Shown here: positions 12,971-25,460 of the stretch, in pieces
How positions within the stretch are numbered: position 1 is the stretch's first letter
Layout: each line of letters begins with the position of its first letter
Source: Marsupella aquatica
Lineage: Eukaryota; Plantae; Marchantiophyta
Reading direction: 5' to 3'
DNA length: 64,000 nucleotides
Assembly (NCBI GenBank): GCA_973895155.1
Contig: OZ316892.1
Span: forward strand, 26,683,233-26,747,232
Translations under genes and position numbers: made by a program
The notes under the pieces: model-generated
What the model was told of the DNA's origin: nothing
Databases searched by the model: none
The model's input: the letters and a program-made list of their open reading frames with translations, nothing else

Positions 12971-13254
12971 GATCAACCAGACAGCCTACCGACCGGCAGC
13001 AAACTCTAGGCAATCAGTAAGATCCGATGCAGCCTGTACAGTAACCTGTGCAGTACCCACTTCTGACAACGAGGCAAGGGAGCAGGCAAAAAACAAGGAA
13101 ACGTGAATTCCAAAAAAGGGTGAAAGGGGAAAAACACAAAGGCAAGCAAGATACATCGAAAAGATCCAAGAAACTCACACATCAGCGCACGCAGTAGTTG
13201 GACGTTAAGGAGCGAGGAAAATTCTCATCAAGGGGTGCATGTGGTTCAGAAACA

Positions 13255-15058
13255 ATGGCGAAACTCAGCAAAATCTTCAAAGCATAAGGATTAGCATGCG
13301 CAAAGAGAGACAATCTAAACCAGCAAGCTACAGGCTCGAGAGAAGAGGAACAGGTTTCATCCAGACTAGGAAAGGAAGGGATGGAGGATGAACAGGAGGA
13401 AGGAAGCACGAGCAACAATATGGTTGGAATAGAAAAAGTCACAAGAACTATTGGTAACTGGTCGATCACTACCGAGTGCCAGTCTGCAATAAAATCATTA
13501 TCGGCAAATAGTCTGAAGGACGATTGTTCTAAGATTCAGCTACAAATGGATGTCAACCCACAAGCAACGAGTGTCGCAGTTACAGAGCTCCTATCCAAAG
13601 CGGTCCTATTCTTTTTTGCAGGTGGAGTCGCTACTTTTAAGTAGTTCTTGAAGTGGGCGCAGGAAGAATTTTGCTTCAAAAGAAAGTGGGCAGTAAAGAG
13701 TACTAAATACGTCGGATTGAATTACTTCCTGGTTACTTTTTGTTTGCTTGATCATAAGCTGGCGGCCCTAGGTAGCTCGCCCTGGTATTTGGGCAATAAA
13801 TATGTATACAGTGCACCATGGGACCCAGCATTTTCCCTTCATTCACCTTTCTTGGGGAGAATGCCACTCTGGGCTGAGCTCACATACCGGGAGTTAGTCC
13901 TGGAAGGGAGTGGAAAACAGGTGTTTGAAAAGATGGGAGATATTCTTCACTTCAGTCCAGCGCTTGGGGACTCATCTTCCCCACATGATCGTGCCTGTCT
14001 ATTATGGGACATGAATAAGCCCCTTCCGGAGATCCTTGTCATAAATCTGAGAGGAGAGGATCAGCAAGAAGTTACAACTATCCATCAACGAGTTGAATAT
14101 ATACACATCCCTTATGTGTGTTATATCTGTAAAGCGCTGGGTCACGTGGGCTCTAACTGCTCAAAGGGATCTCCGCAGTCTGCCCCGAACCAAGACAGCA
14201 CACAAACCGTGCCTGCCCAGGCTACGACGAAGGTAAGGACAGATCCAACATCGCTAGCAGAACGGGGGAGTACCTCCCCCGCTCCTAACGTGGATCTCCA
14301 TCTGGATCCAGGCCTGAGGTATGAAGGATTACTTCCGTCCCCTCCCATCAGTCTGGGATCATCTGCAGTCAAGATTCCATACCAGATCTTCCATGATAAT
14401 AGGGGTATAGGTCGAATCAAGCCTCATCAGGCTCATTATTCTGATGTCTTGATGTATCCACAGTCCCAGGGGATCGGATGGAATTGTTGACAGGAGAAGC
14501 AATGATGCACAACAACGGAGCAGGTCCTCTCTACAAGTGGCAGACCCTTGTCACAGAGAATCAGGACACCAATCATCCATCCTTTTTGATACCAGGCTGC
14601 ATTCAGACGCATTTGCTCCGTGGCAGCCATACAACATATCATCAAGAATGGAACCTGAAGCAGACGTAGGAGCTAGGATCTCGCGCTCCACAGATGTAGT
14701 CCTTCCTGCGGTTGGTGTGAACACCCTCACTCGGAGGAGTTCGAATATAGCATCACCCTCCTCAGAAACTACACAAACCGGAAGGTTGCACCACCATCTA
14801 GCACGGCCATCAAGGAATAAAATCATCAAGAAGAAATAGCATCTCGGCCCATTGTTCTCCTCAGCAGTTCTAAGATCATCAGAAACAGCTTACACAACGC
14901 TTCTCTACAATCAGATCCTAGGGGATTCTTCAGGGGGCTACACCTCCAATAACGAGTCTACGTCAATGGAAGAAGAAACGGGGCGAGACAGCAACTCTTC
15001 AAGCTCGGAGTACGAAACAATATCCGACACAACAACAAATAATCAGGAAGTAGGTTGA
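13255..15058 (+). pseudogene. LINE ORF1 (plant L1 ORF1-like, CX2CX4HX4C knuckle), disrupted
   Basis: Likely start acaATGgcg at 13255. In-frame TAA at 13285 and TAG at 13642. Knuckle CYICKALGHVGSNC. Frameshift near 14490, TAG at 14837, then a Ser/Glu-rich end stopping 38 bp before ORF2. Confidence 0.75.
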
Positions 15059-15096
15059 GGTAATACTGCTCCCTACTGTTTTTAAGTGCTTCAATT

Positions 15097-18000
15097 ATGG
15101 ATGATCTCTTGAACATCGCGATATGGAATGTCTCCGGCCTCTGTGATCCAAATAGAAAATATATAGTACGAAAATGGATTAAAGATATGCGTAACTCTAT
15201 ACACATTCTAACTCTTCTCGAAATAAAAGCTAACGATTTCCGTCTCATCTCTGCTCTTTCCCTTATTCTTCCTGGATATAAAACTCTTATTGCTCACCCG
15301 GTTGGTGGGAGGGGAGGGGCTGCTATGCTAATCCACCCTTCCTTCCAGGTCACAAATTTTGGCATCTCACTAGTCAATAGTGCCATATGGGCCACTATTG
15401 AAAGCGATAAAGGTTGCTTTGGTATAGTGGGTCTATATGCTTCTAACGTCTCTGCTGTAAGAACCCAGCTTTGGGAATGCTTATTGCTCACTCTTTCGGT
15501 CGGGAACTGGGTTATTTCTGGAGATTTTAACATGACAGAAAAAGAAATAGACTCAGTTGCTGGCCACTCTTCTTTGCTCTCCGGTGCTGAATTAGCAGCC
15601 TGGTGTGAGATTAGGTGTCGTTTTGACCTTCACGATACCTATAAACTTGCTCGCTCCGTCTATGGCTCCTGCTACACGTGGAGGAGAGACACTCTTCTTG
15701 GGGTTTTCCAATCCCGGCTTGACAGGTTCTATTTGAGTAATCGTGGATCATGGTTGGATCAGGTTATATCCATTTCCCACCATCATGATTGCCCCATGTC
15801 CGACCATTGCCCAGTCTCTCTCTCATGTATTATAACGCCTCCAATGGATGCAAATCACTCGGCTCACAGGTCCTCATATTTCAAAGCCAACTCATGGGTC
15901 ATCAGAAGCGTATACAATATGGATCTATTGGAACGTGCATGGTATAATCACTCATCAGACACTACAGATCCAAAGATAGCTTTCTATCTAGCTTGCAAGC
16001 GGTTCCGTCGTGAATTCATGGAAATTCAATCTAAAAAAACAAGTAAACAAATAACAATAGAGGATCTTCGAGCAAAAATATTATCGCTGCGCTCCTTCGC
16101 TGGTGGCTGCCTAACTGGAAACAACCTCACTGAGTTGCGAGAGGCGGAGGTTGCTCTTAGAGATTCTGAGTTCCAAGAGGCTATTGAGCTTCGTAAGAAA
16201 TCAAGGATTCGGTGGCTGGGGCTCGGGGATGCCTCTACTAAATTCTTTTTTAATATTGTTAGGATCCAGCAGCAGAGAGCCAGGATTCCTTGCCTTCGTC
16301 TCTCGGATGGCACATTATCTCACGACAAGGATCTGGTCCTCATAGAAGTTGGAAACTTCTACCGTTCACTCTATTCCCCGGATGCCCCGGAAACTCAGCT
16401 CAATGTACAAGCTAGAAGGAAAATGCTTCGGTTCTCCTCCAAACGAATCTCTCAAGCAGAATCCAATCAATTAGATGCAGCCCCTTCTATGGATGAACTC
16501 TTTTCAGCAGCCAAAAAGATGAAGAAAAATAAAGCCCCAGGCCTAGACGGCCTTACAATAGAGGTCTTTTTGGGGTGTTGGGGATTCATTGCGCCAGCCT
16601 TTACCGGCATGATCTTATCTTTCTGGGCAGACGGTATCATGCTACCAGGATTTATAGAGGGAGTAATAAAGCTGGTCCCAAAATCAACTGATAAAACAAG
16701 ATTGACGGATTGGAGGCCAATCACTCTTCTGAATATAGCATATAAAATCATAGCAAAGCTGATTGCTATCAGGCTCGGGAGAGTTCTGCCAAAGATGGTA
16801 AACCCTCAACAAACAGGGTTTGTTCCTGGGCGTCAAATTCTTGATAACGTTTCTTTGGCATGGTTGGCGATAGACTGGATCTCAACAAATAACGTGCCTG
16901 CTCTATTCATAAAAATGGATTTTTCAAAAGCATTTGACCGCATAGACCACCATTACATCAGGGAGACTCTCAGCACATTAGGCCTGAGCCAATCGCTTAC
17001 TAGGAATATCATGGGTCTAATGATGCAAGCAACTGCTAAGGTTCATGTCAATGGGTTATTCACGGAACCCATTCCTCTCATGCGGGGAGTCTGTAAAGGA
17101 TGTCCCCTCGCCCCTCTCATCTATGCATTATCGACACAGCCTCTCATGGACATCTTTGACGCCGCTCTACAGGCTAATGAACTGCAGGGCATTAAAATAA
17201 ATAACAAACTCACTCTGTTTCATAGATTCTTTGCAAACGATCTAGGAGTTATCACCCCTGCTAAGGAATCTAGCTTCTTGGATATATGTGGAACGATGGA
17301 CTTATATGAGCATGCAGCAAGGGCACGCCTAAATCTGGAGAAGACCGAGGTCCTCATTTTATGCATAGACACTCCTCCGCAATGGTTATTAGATACCAAA
17401 TGTGTAATCGTTCCTATGGGCCATATATCCAGCTACTTGGGTGCCCCGATTGGACAATATCTATCCAAGACCCAACTACATGAATATTGCCTGAAAAAAT
17501 TGAACAAAAGACTCGCTTCTTGGTCGAACAAAAGCTTCTCATTCACGGGTCGTGTCCTGTTGGTAAAACAGGTCTTGTTATCCATGACAGTATTCCATAT
17601 GATGTATACTAACTTCGCAGTGAGTTTTACAGACATGATTCAACGGACGTGTAAGAATTTTCTATGGGGTTATAACAAAGAGGGAGCCAGGAAAACACCA
17701 TTGGTTTCCTGGGACCGGATGTGCGCCAGTAAACAAAATGGGGGCCTCGGGTTCAAGGACATAAATCTTCAGGCCACGGCATTGCTGGCCAGATGGGCCA
17801 TTCGAATGATATCAGACCAGGATTCAGACTGGGCGATATTATTCTCGGCCAATCTCCGCCTGGCAGCATGGAAAAAGACGGTGTTGCTTCGCCAAGCCGG
17901 GTACACCACCATGGATCGGTTCCTATTCTCCTCCCCGTCCAGCTTTCGAGGTATGGTATACACGGCAAGTATATGGAGGGCATGGAATAAGATCAAGATC

Positions 18001-18999
18001 AACTTGCACTGGCAGTCTGGCTCACAAGCCATTCCGGCAAGATGGAGGATCGAGGACTTTCTTCCTAAATTTTTCACCTCCTCAGACTTTCCTATCTCTT
18101 TGGTTCCTAGGATTATCATCGCCTGTTATCGTCTAAATATTCGGTATGTCTCTGACCTCTGGATGCAGGTTCCGGGCTGTTGGGTGGACTTTTTGCCTCG
18201 TCTCTCCAGGCTACGGGGGTTTGGGGTCATAGAGTTAGACACTCTATCTAGGATCATTTTGTCTATTCATAGCGGCCCTCCACCTTCCATTTCTTCTTCC
18301 TTCGCTGGATCCCAATGGTTCTGGTGTGGCCTTCAAAATCATCGCAGACCTCATTTCCTCAGCAGCATGCAAGCTTATAATTTCCTACACCAGGCTGGGG
18401 GAGACATCGGCTCTCTTAACAATCGATGGGGGACGTCAGACTCCGCAGGAGAATGGGGGCGCAGGTGGAGGAGGATCTGGCGATCAGATCTGTCTAATTG
18501 TGGTAAAATCTTTTTATGGCGGGTCCTGGCTGCAGGATTATTTTCAGGAAAACGAGCTAAGTAGTGTGGACATGGAGATGGGACGTGTCCATCCTGCCCG
18601 GATCGGGTGGAGGATAATCCTCATATTTTCTTCTCCTGCAGGCAAGCTATTTGTGCTTGGAACCGGACTGCCTGGTTCTATGAGCGGGTGCCGTCTCTCT
18701 CCCTTCTTCCAGGGGGACATTCTTTCACAAGCACATTGGACCTTGCCCTTGGTCGTACCCCACGGCTCTCTGCTCGTATTTTTGTTATCTATGAAACCGT
18801 GTGGCTCCTATGGAAAAATAGAAACTCTCGGTTGTTTCAGAGCCAAACTGTAGTCTTCTCCCCCTTTCTGGCCGCATCATCTGTCGTTCAGCATCTTCGT
18901 TCGGTGGCTCTTTGTTCAGACTCAGAAAAAAAGAAAAATTGTCTATACTATGCTGAGAAGTATATCTCTGGTCCTCTGACCTCTCGTTGTCCTCGTTGA
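15097..18999 (+). pseudogene. LINE ORF2: APE endonuclease + reverse transcriptase + zf-RVT, disrupted
   Basis: Motifs IAIWNVSGL, GDFN, SRLDRFY, SDHCPV, KAPGLDG, WRPITLLN and KMDFSKAFDR. Catalytic (Y/F)ADD reads FAND, and the usual GVRQG reads GVCKG. TAG at 18562 is followed in frame by CPSC..H..C and WLLWKNRN. Confidence 0.93.
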
Positions 19000-21900
19000 C
19001 TTTCTGTTTGGGATACTTTTCCCCACGGCTCACTTCTTATTATATTAATATATGTTCTAGAGCCTCCTTTCTTCCCGTTACGTTCTCTTCTTCTCCTATT
19101 CTGGGATTACCCCATCCCTTCAGTTCTATCATGGGCTAGTTCCGATCCTCATCTGGTGTCTGTTCCTCCCATCACCATATGGCACAGTACATCCCTCGTT
19201 CCATTGATCTCCTTGCTGCTCTCTTCCTCCCCCCACAAGTACCAATGGTTGGTGGGTCTTTCCCTTGCTGTCCCTTATGGCTTCTTCTCGCTGCTTTGTG
19301 GGGCTCTCTCATCCGGCGCTCGCCATTGGAGATGGTAGCTTGGTTCTCACCTTTTGGAGACATATTCCTCTGTCCCGCCATCGATCTGGCTTTTTTGCCG
19401 CCCCCCCCCTGTCCTGGGATCCTGGTTCACCATGACTGGCGGCCAGTATTGACATTTTTTACCACCGCTCTCTCAGAACTAGATTCTCATCGGACTATTC
19501 GAGTCTGGTTTCATATATATCTCTTTACAGAAGCACAAACTTTTTTCCGCTGCAAATGTAGCAATCAGACAGACTTAGACAAAGACAGATAGGTAGGCTA
19601 CTCATGGAACTACATTGTTGGATAGGTAGGATCTGTAGGCTCTCAGCTAACAATTCTAGTGATAGCCGTCATTTGTTCCGTCCCATTCCCAGGATTCTCG
19701 GATATCTAGGGGAGTTTCTCTCATGGTAATCAGATGGATTCTAACCTTGGCGCTGTAGGTGTGTCCCCTGCTCTCTCTGTCTCCACTGGGCTGGCTGCTG
19801 GCTGTTACATATGGAGCCCATGATTGGCGAGTGGGAGGTTTAAATGCCAAAGTTAAAGTCGCTAATTGGCATCTGGACTGGTTGCCTATCTCTTTTCTCC
19901 GTCGCATCAGCTATGGCTGCTTTCCTTGGGAGGTGTTCTACACTCAAGTTCTAGGATCATAAATTGGTATAAAAATGGAGATCAGGCATGATGGTCTGCT
20001 AGTTTCTGTCCCGGGCTATGCTTCGGGATCTCGAGGCATAACCTCGGGTACCCGCGCTGGACATAGCCAGGGCACAATAAGGTGAAATCATCAAGGCTCT
20101 CTTCTTGGTGATCCAGGGAATGTCCGGAGATTGAGGTGGACTCTCGTATGGAGGGCGTGGTGATCTCAGGGAGTGGTCTGGCCTCGATGCAGCTGGGGAA
20201 GTGGTGGTTGACTATAGCCATCGAAGGCAGCCCAGGACAGATGGAGTTCAGCGGGGGGCCTCTTGGGGCTTTGGTGGTTCTGGCTAGGTTGGCTGTTTTG
20301 GATGCTCCTTTTTCATATTCAGGTCTTGGTTGGTTCGGCTATGTTTGGCTTTCTGGGTCCCTCCTCTCCTCTATGGCCCGCCTCCTCCCCTTAGGCGGCC
20401 GGTTTGGGGTGGTCTCGCCTTTGTTTCTCTGGGTGTGCTCCCTCTTTCAGCAACCCTTATTTGTTCCTTGTTCCTTTCTCCTGTCTCCTCCCTTCAGACG
20501 GGTTTGTTCTCAATAAAGTGCACTCGTGTTTTAAAATAAAAATAATAATAAAAAATAAAAAATAACATAAAGTTTTGTTGGTCTTCACTGATTTTTTTTC
20601 CTTCCCTCAACTGAAAAGCCATGGCAGCTACGGAGAACTCATCCATTGTTTTTTCCTTCCTTCAATCGTTGTTGATGAGCCTACATTGAGGATGCCAAGA
20701 ACAGATTCGGATCCTATGGCTTATGGACAGTCCAAGTGGGCATTAAAATCAGGTACCGGGAGAAATTAGTCCAGCTTGCAACCGCCCTGCACAACTCAAC
20801 CTATACCATTGATTGTTCTATATACAAAAAATGGAATAGAACACATCTGGTTACTGACTGCAATAGTCATTCTGAAACCACGCTAAGACATTTGCTTCTG
20901 ATTACTCAGAGTCCCTTGAGATAAAAGACTAGCATTGGGTCGTTGGCAAATGAATTCATCACGAAAGGAAAGAATTGAAGCACATGATTCAATATTCTTT
21001 GGTCAGTCTTTGGCTTCCTTAATATCAGCTAACCATGGTTCAAACACCCACACTTTGTTGAAGGAAAGAAAACAAGTCCACTTGCCAAACTTTATATATG
21101 TAACTGCAAAGGAACAAAAATGTCAAACCTGGAGACATCATCCCAATTGCAAAAAACCCATAAAAGGGGGAAAACTTACCAAAGGAGAAACCAGAAAAAG
21201 GTAAGAGCCGAAAAGACGAGGGGGCAAAATTATGCTGAAAAGCCTACATGGTCAGAGAAAGAAAAGCCCAGTCACTGAACAGACAAAGAACAAGAGCCCT
21301 ACCAAACCATGTACTGAAAAGATTGGCAGAGCTCCGGGGTGAATAACATAGGAGGGTGATGAAGAGGAAGTTGACTAGCAGCACTAAATCCAAGAGCCTC
21401 AGCCAGTCAACTATGGTGAAGGCCTGGGCAAAATTATACCTAGTACACCACCTGCCTAAAACCTAAGTAGTGATCCCAATCAAACACCTCCTTACAACTC
21501 ACGTTGGGAGCACAGAAGAAAGTATTGTGCTACACAACTAATATCACAAGTTTGGTTTGTGTGTGCCCGGGATATGCTGTCCATCCAGACTTTTTGTCAA
21601 AGTTCTGTGTCCAGCTGGACTTTAAGTTCCCTTCTGACAAGCTCATCATGGAACATGCTTCACTTTTTGACTTGTTGTAATTTGTGAATGATTTCATAGT
21701 GTCTTAGAAAAGTAGATTTCAACTTTCATTATTCTTTTTACATTTTTGTCTTGATAAAGGTACGATACACCTAGATTTCAGAGCGAGTTAAGCCTACACG
21801 TTATACACATCAAACTAATACTAATGACAAAGTCTTAAAAATTCCCAGGGCTCAACTCACTCAATTTCTTCCTACATCTTAATAAGTGAAAACCCCGGAT

Positions 21901-22257
21901 AAGTGTACTTATACACTTTTCGGTAAGTGCAGAATCCCATCACTCACTCAAAGGCATTTAGGGAGATATATGTTTGATGAAACCCGTAGCTATAAAACTT
22001 TTCTAAATGGACCCAGGAAACTTTTGTTAGAGTTTGGACCCCATGGAAATGTCATGTGAAGACAGCATCCATCTAATCTACCCAAAGGTCCATTGTTGGC
22101 CACTTACCCTGGCCTGAACGGGTTCTCTGATAGATTTGCAAACATGATGGGCTGCTGTTGTCTCACTAATAATTAGCAAAGGGAAGCTACTTTCAAAGTC
22201 GATCTGAAGCATAGACTGTAACTCTCAATAAGAACAAAAGTAACCAAAAAAATTGAG

Positions 22258-22548
22258 GCTGCTTGAAAGGGACACAGCAAAGATGAACAAAACTGACATT
22301 AAGGTGGACAAATTTAAAATTCACTCTAAATAAACAAAAGTGACTTAAAAATGACGCTGCTTGAAAGGGACACAGCAAAGATGAACAAAACTGATACTTA
22401 GACAAAACTGACATTAAGGAGGACAAATTTAAAAACAAAACTGATACTTAGACAAAACTGACATTAAGGAGGACAAATTTAAAAACAAAACTGATACTTA
22501 GACAAAACTGACATTAAGGTGGACAAATTTAAAATTCACTCTAAATAA
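22258..22548. repeat. Compound tandem repeat (~97-bp unit x2 with nested 49-bp unit x3)
   Basis: gctgcttgaaagggacacagcaaagatgaacaaaactga occurs twice, and caaaactgatacttagacaaaactgacattaagg occurs three times. Confidence 0.85.
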
Positions 22549-23753
22549 AGATAAAACTTAAGTGAAGATGGAAAAACACAAGAATGGGGCACAAAGAATA
22601 TGAAATGAATGTGCAACATTTTGTGTGTGTATCTGACGAGTAATCGTGCTTGTCAAATAATTAATAGAATACAACATCCGATACTTCCGTTTTCAAATGC
22701 CGCTCGCGCGCGTCTTACATACCAACGTGCAGCAGGTCAAAGATTCAGACTAAGTACATCCGTTCAGTTGAGCCTCAATGTCGATCAAGGATTCAAGGCA
22801 ACTTCATTCTTCGCCCTTGAAGCTTTGTTCGTTGATACATTGAACTACTAGCGCACAAACTGCATGCATGTTAAATATCGATCTCTCATCTTGCGCTCGC
22901 GCAGTGCAAAACTTGAGATGGATTACTCACGACTGTCACCTGCACAAGGAGTCAAGCAAAACTTGAAATGGATACACAACCATACCTGCACAAGGAAACA
23001 GCCCTTCTTAGCCGGTAATGGGTGATGATACGAATTCCAAACAGCGAAGGTTCAGAATTAGTAATTAATGAACTCGTCCGGGATGCTAGTGTATGAGCAT
23101 TGACGACCAAAGTTGAACGTCAATAACCCACAGCATGGACTACAATTATAATGCACTCCACAGTTTGATGATCTGCGCCCATTGAGTCGTTTCCCTGATG
23201 AATTGGTATTAGATGAACCTGTCCTGATAAACATCGACGTTACGGTCGCGGGAAATCAAGACCTGTGTTTGTGGCCAAACTGGCTAAAACTGGAAGTAGC
23301 TAAAGAGCGTGTCATGGTTTTGAGAAATTCAACCCTACCAACGTCCCCTGAATGAACGTATGCATCCTGAACGGATGCATCAACGAATCAAGCCAGTATC
23401 ATACCCTTTGACCTCAAATGAAACAGTCGCCGCCTCTAATGACTCAACTGACAACTAATCTACTTGATGTAAATCGAACTCGATTACTATTCTATCGATC
23501 GTGAGGAATGCATGCACCTAGAACAGATACGCACTAACCACCTAATCAGGCCCCACTGTAGCTAGCCAGGAAACCATTTGTTATACTTCTGCAATGTGCA
23601 TTCAGAAATCGATCGATTTGACACAAGAGAACTGATCGACCTCACGCAAATCGAGCTCATGCATCTCGTATTGATGGAGAGTAAAATGGCCGTGTAGCAG
23701 GAGTACGTGCCAGTTACGACGTTAAGTCGCCGCACAACGATATTGCTGATGCA

Positions 23754-25391
23754 ATGGATAGGAAAGTTGCACACAACAAAAATATCACGTCGAAGACAAC
23801 GAGGGCGGCTGATCATGATGAAGCTCCAATATCAACAACAGACCTACCACTGAAAAAGAGATACCGAGGAGTCCTCGAGCCGTGGTCATCACGCTCCAAA
23901 GCCCAGTCGCTTGATTCCATCGACTTCTCTAAAGCGGGCTCTGAAGCGGCTTTTACCGCGTCCTGTTGTACAAATGGAGCACATGTAGCACACCGCAGCC
24001 TGTGCCACCGTTTACCTAGAGACAAATCGAACGCGAATCCAGGGAAACTCCTTGCTCATGAGCCTCTAGCGCAGAAACCCTGGGGAGCAAACCTGCTGCA
24101 GGGAAAGTTCTCTCGAAGTCCACCAGTCCCAAGAGCAGCTGTACAGATAACGGAGCAACCGATCGCAGCTGGACGGACTGATCCGATATCGCAGCAACAA
24201 CACGGTGGTCCATCTTCATTTCCGGGAGCCAGATCGAACTCGGATCAAGGGAAATTTCTCGCTCATAAACCTCCAGCGCGACAGCCCTGGGGAGCAAACG
24301 TACTGCACGGAAAGTTCTCTCGAACTCCACGAGTCCGAAGAGCAGCTGCACAGACATCGGATCAACCGATCGTAGCTGGACGAATGGATCCGATATCGCA
24401 GCAACACCATGGTGGTCCATCTAGCTCATTTTCAGGAACCAAATCAACCTCGTATTCAGGGAAGTTGCTTGCTCATGAGACTGCACAGAAACCTCGGGGA
24501 GTAAAGCTGCTGCAGGGGAAGTTCTCTCGAACTCCACCAGTCCCAAGAGCGGCTGTACAGATAACGGAGCAACCGATCGCAGCTGGACGGATTGATCCGA
24601 TATCGCAGCAACAACATGGTGGTCGATCTTCGTTTCCGGGAGCCAGATCGAACTCGAATAAAGTGAAATTTCTCGCTCATAAACCTCTAGCGCGGCAGCC
24701 CTGGGGAGCGAACGTGCTGCACGGGAAGCTCTGTCGAACTCCACGAGTCCGAAGAGCAGCTGCACAGACATCGGATCAACCGATCGTAGCTGGACGAATT
24801 GATCTGATATCGCAGCAACACCATGGTGGTCCATCTAGCTCATTTTCAGGAACCAAATTAACCTCGTATTCAGGGAAGTTGCTTGCTCATGGGACTGTAC
24901 AGAAACCTCGGGGAGTAAAGCTGCTGCAGGGGAAGTTCTCTCGACCTCCACGAGTCCCAAGAGCAGGTGCACCGATAACGGATCTGAAACCGATCACAGC
25001 TGGACGAACTGATCGGATATCGCAGCAACACCACGGTAGTCCATCTTCGTTTTTTGGAGCCATATCGAACTCTAATCCAGGGAAATACGTTGGTCATGAG
25101 CCTCCAGCGCAGAAGCCTTGGGGAGTAAAGTTGTTGCAGAGAAAGGTCTCTCGAGCACCAGCAGTCCCATTAGCAGCTGCTCAGATAGCAGATCAACCGA
25201 TCGCAGCTGGACGATATGATCGGATATCGCAGCAACACCATGGTGTTCCATCTTCATTTCCCCGACCCAAATGGAACTCGTATCGAGGGAAATTCTTTGC
25301 CCATCTGCCTTCAGCGCGGATGGAGAGGGCTGTCGCAGGGAAAGTTCTACTGAACACCACGAGTCCAAATAGCAGCTGCGCAGATAGCTGA
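23754..25391 (+). CDS. 545-aa orphan protein (family unit B): LPLKKR motif followed by ~6.5 basic 69-aa tandem repeats
   Basis: Uninterrupted ORF. Repeat period is 207 bp (210 bp in one unit), so the frame is preserved. Rich in R/K/P/S/Q/G; no domain recognised; expression unknown. Confidence 0.55.
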   Translation: MDRKVAHNKNITSKTTRAADHDEAPISTTDLPLKKRYRGVLEPWSSRSKAQSLDSIDFSKAGSEAAFTASCCTNGAHVAHRSLCHRLPRDKSNANPGKLLAHEPLAQKPWGANLLQGKFSRSPPVPRAAVQITEQPIAAGRTDPISQQQHGGPSSFPGARSNSDQGKFLAHKPPARQPWGANVLHGKFSRTPRVRRAAAQTSDQPIVAGRMDPISQQHHGGPSSSFSGTKSTSYSGKLLAHETAQKPRGVKLLQGKFSRTPPVPRAAVQITEQPIAAGRIDPISQQQHGGRSSFPGARSNSNKVKFLAHKPLARQPWGANVLHGKLCRTPRVRRAAAQTSDQPIVAGRIDLISQQHHGGPSSSFSGTKLTSYSGKLLAHGTVQKPRGVKLLQGKFSRPPRVPRAGAPITDLKPITAGRTDRISQQHHGSPSSFFGAISNSNPGKYVGHEPPAQKPWGVKLLQRKVSRAPAVPLAAAQIADQPIAAGRYDRISQQHHGVPSSFPRPKWNSYRGKFFAHLPSARMERAVAGKVLLNTTSPNSSCADS

Positions 25392-25460
25392 TCGACCGGT
25401 TTATCGCAGCTGGACATATGATCAGATATCGCAGCAACAGTACGTTGGTCCATCTTCATT
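24040..25460 (+). repeat. 207-bp tandem array with A-B-A-B higher-order (414-bp) structure
   Basis: ggaa(a)gttctctcga-like anchors at ~24101, 24309, 24516, 24723, 24931, 25141 and 25339. Alternate units are more similar than neighbours. Confidence 0.9.

Larger units (their letters stand above)
10974..20560 (+). mobile_element. Full-length L1-clade LINE (non-LTR retrotransposon), inactivated
   Basis: 17-bp TSD aataacataaagttttg at 10957-10973 and 20561-20577. AATAAA at ~20512 and A-rich tail at 20533-20560. CCHC-knuckle ORF1, then ORF2 with APE endonuclease, RT and C-terminal zinc finger. Confidence 0.95.

Noticed and set aside
15097-18564. Active, intact LINE ORF2
   Set aside because: Catalytic FADD is FAND, a stop precedes the zinc finger, and ORF1 has several stops.
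24070-25140. Lyciumin-type cyclic peptide precursor (QPWG/KPWG in repeats resembles the core QPWGVGSW)
   Set aside because: No Trp at core position 8, no signal peptide and no BURP domain in the window.
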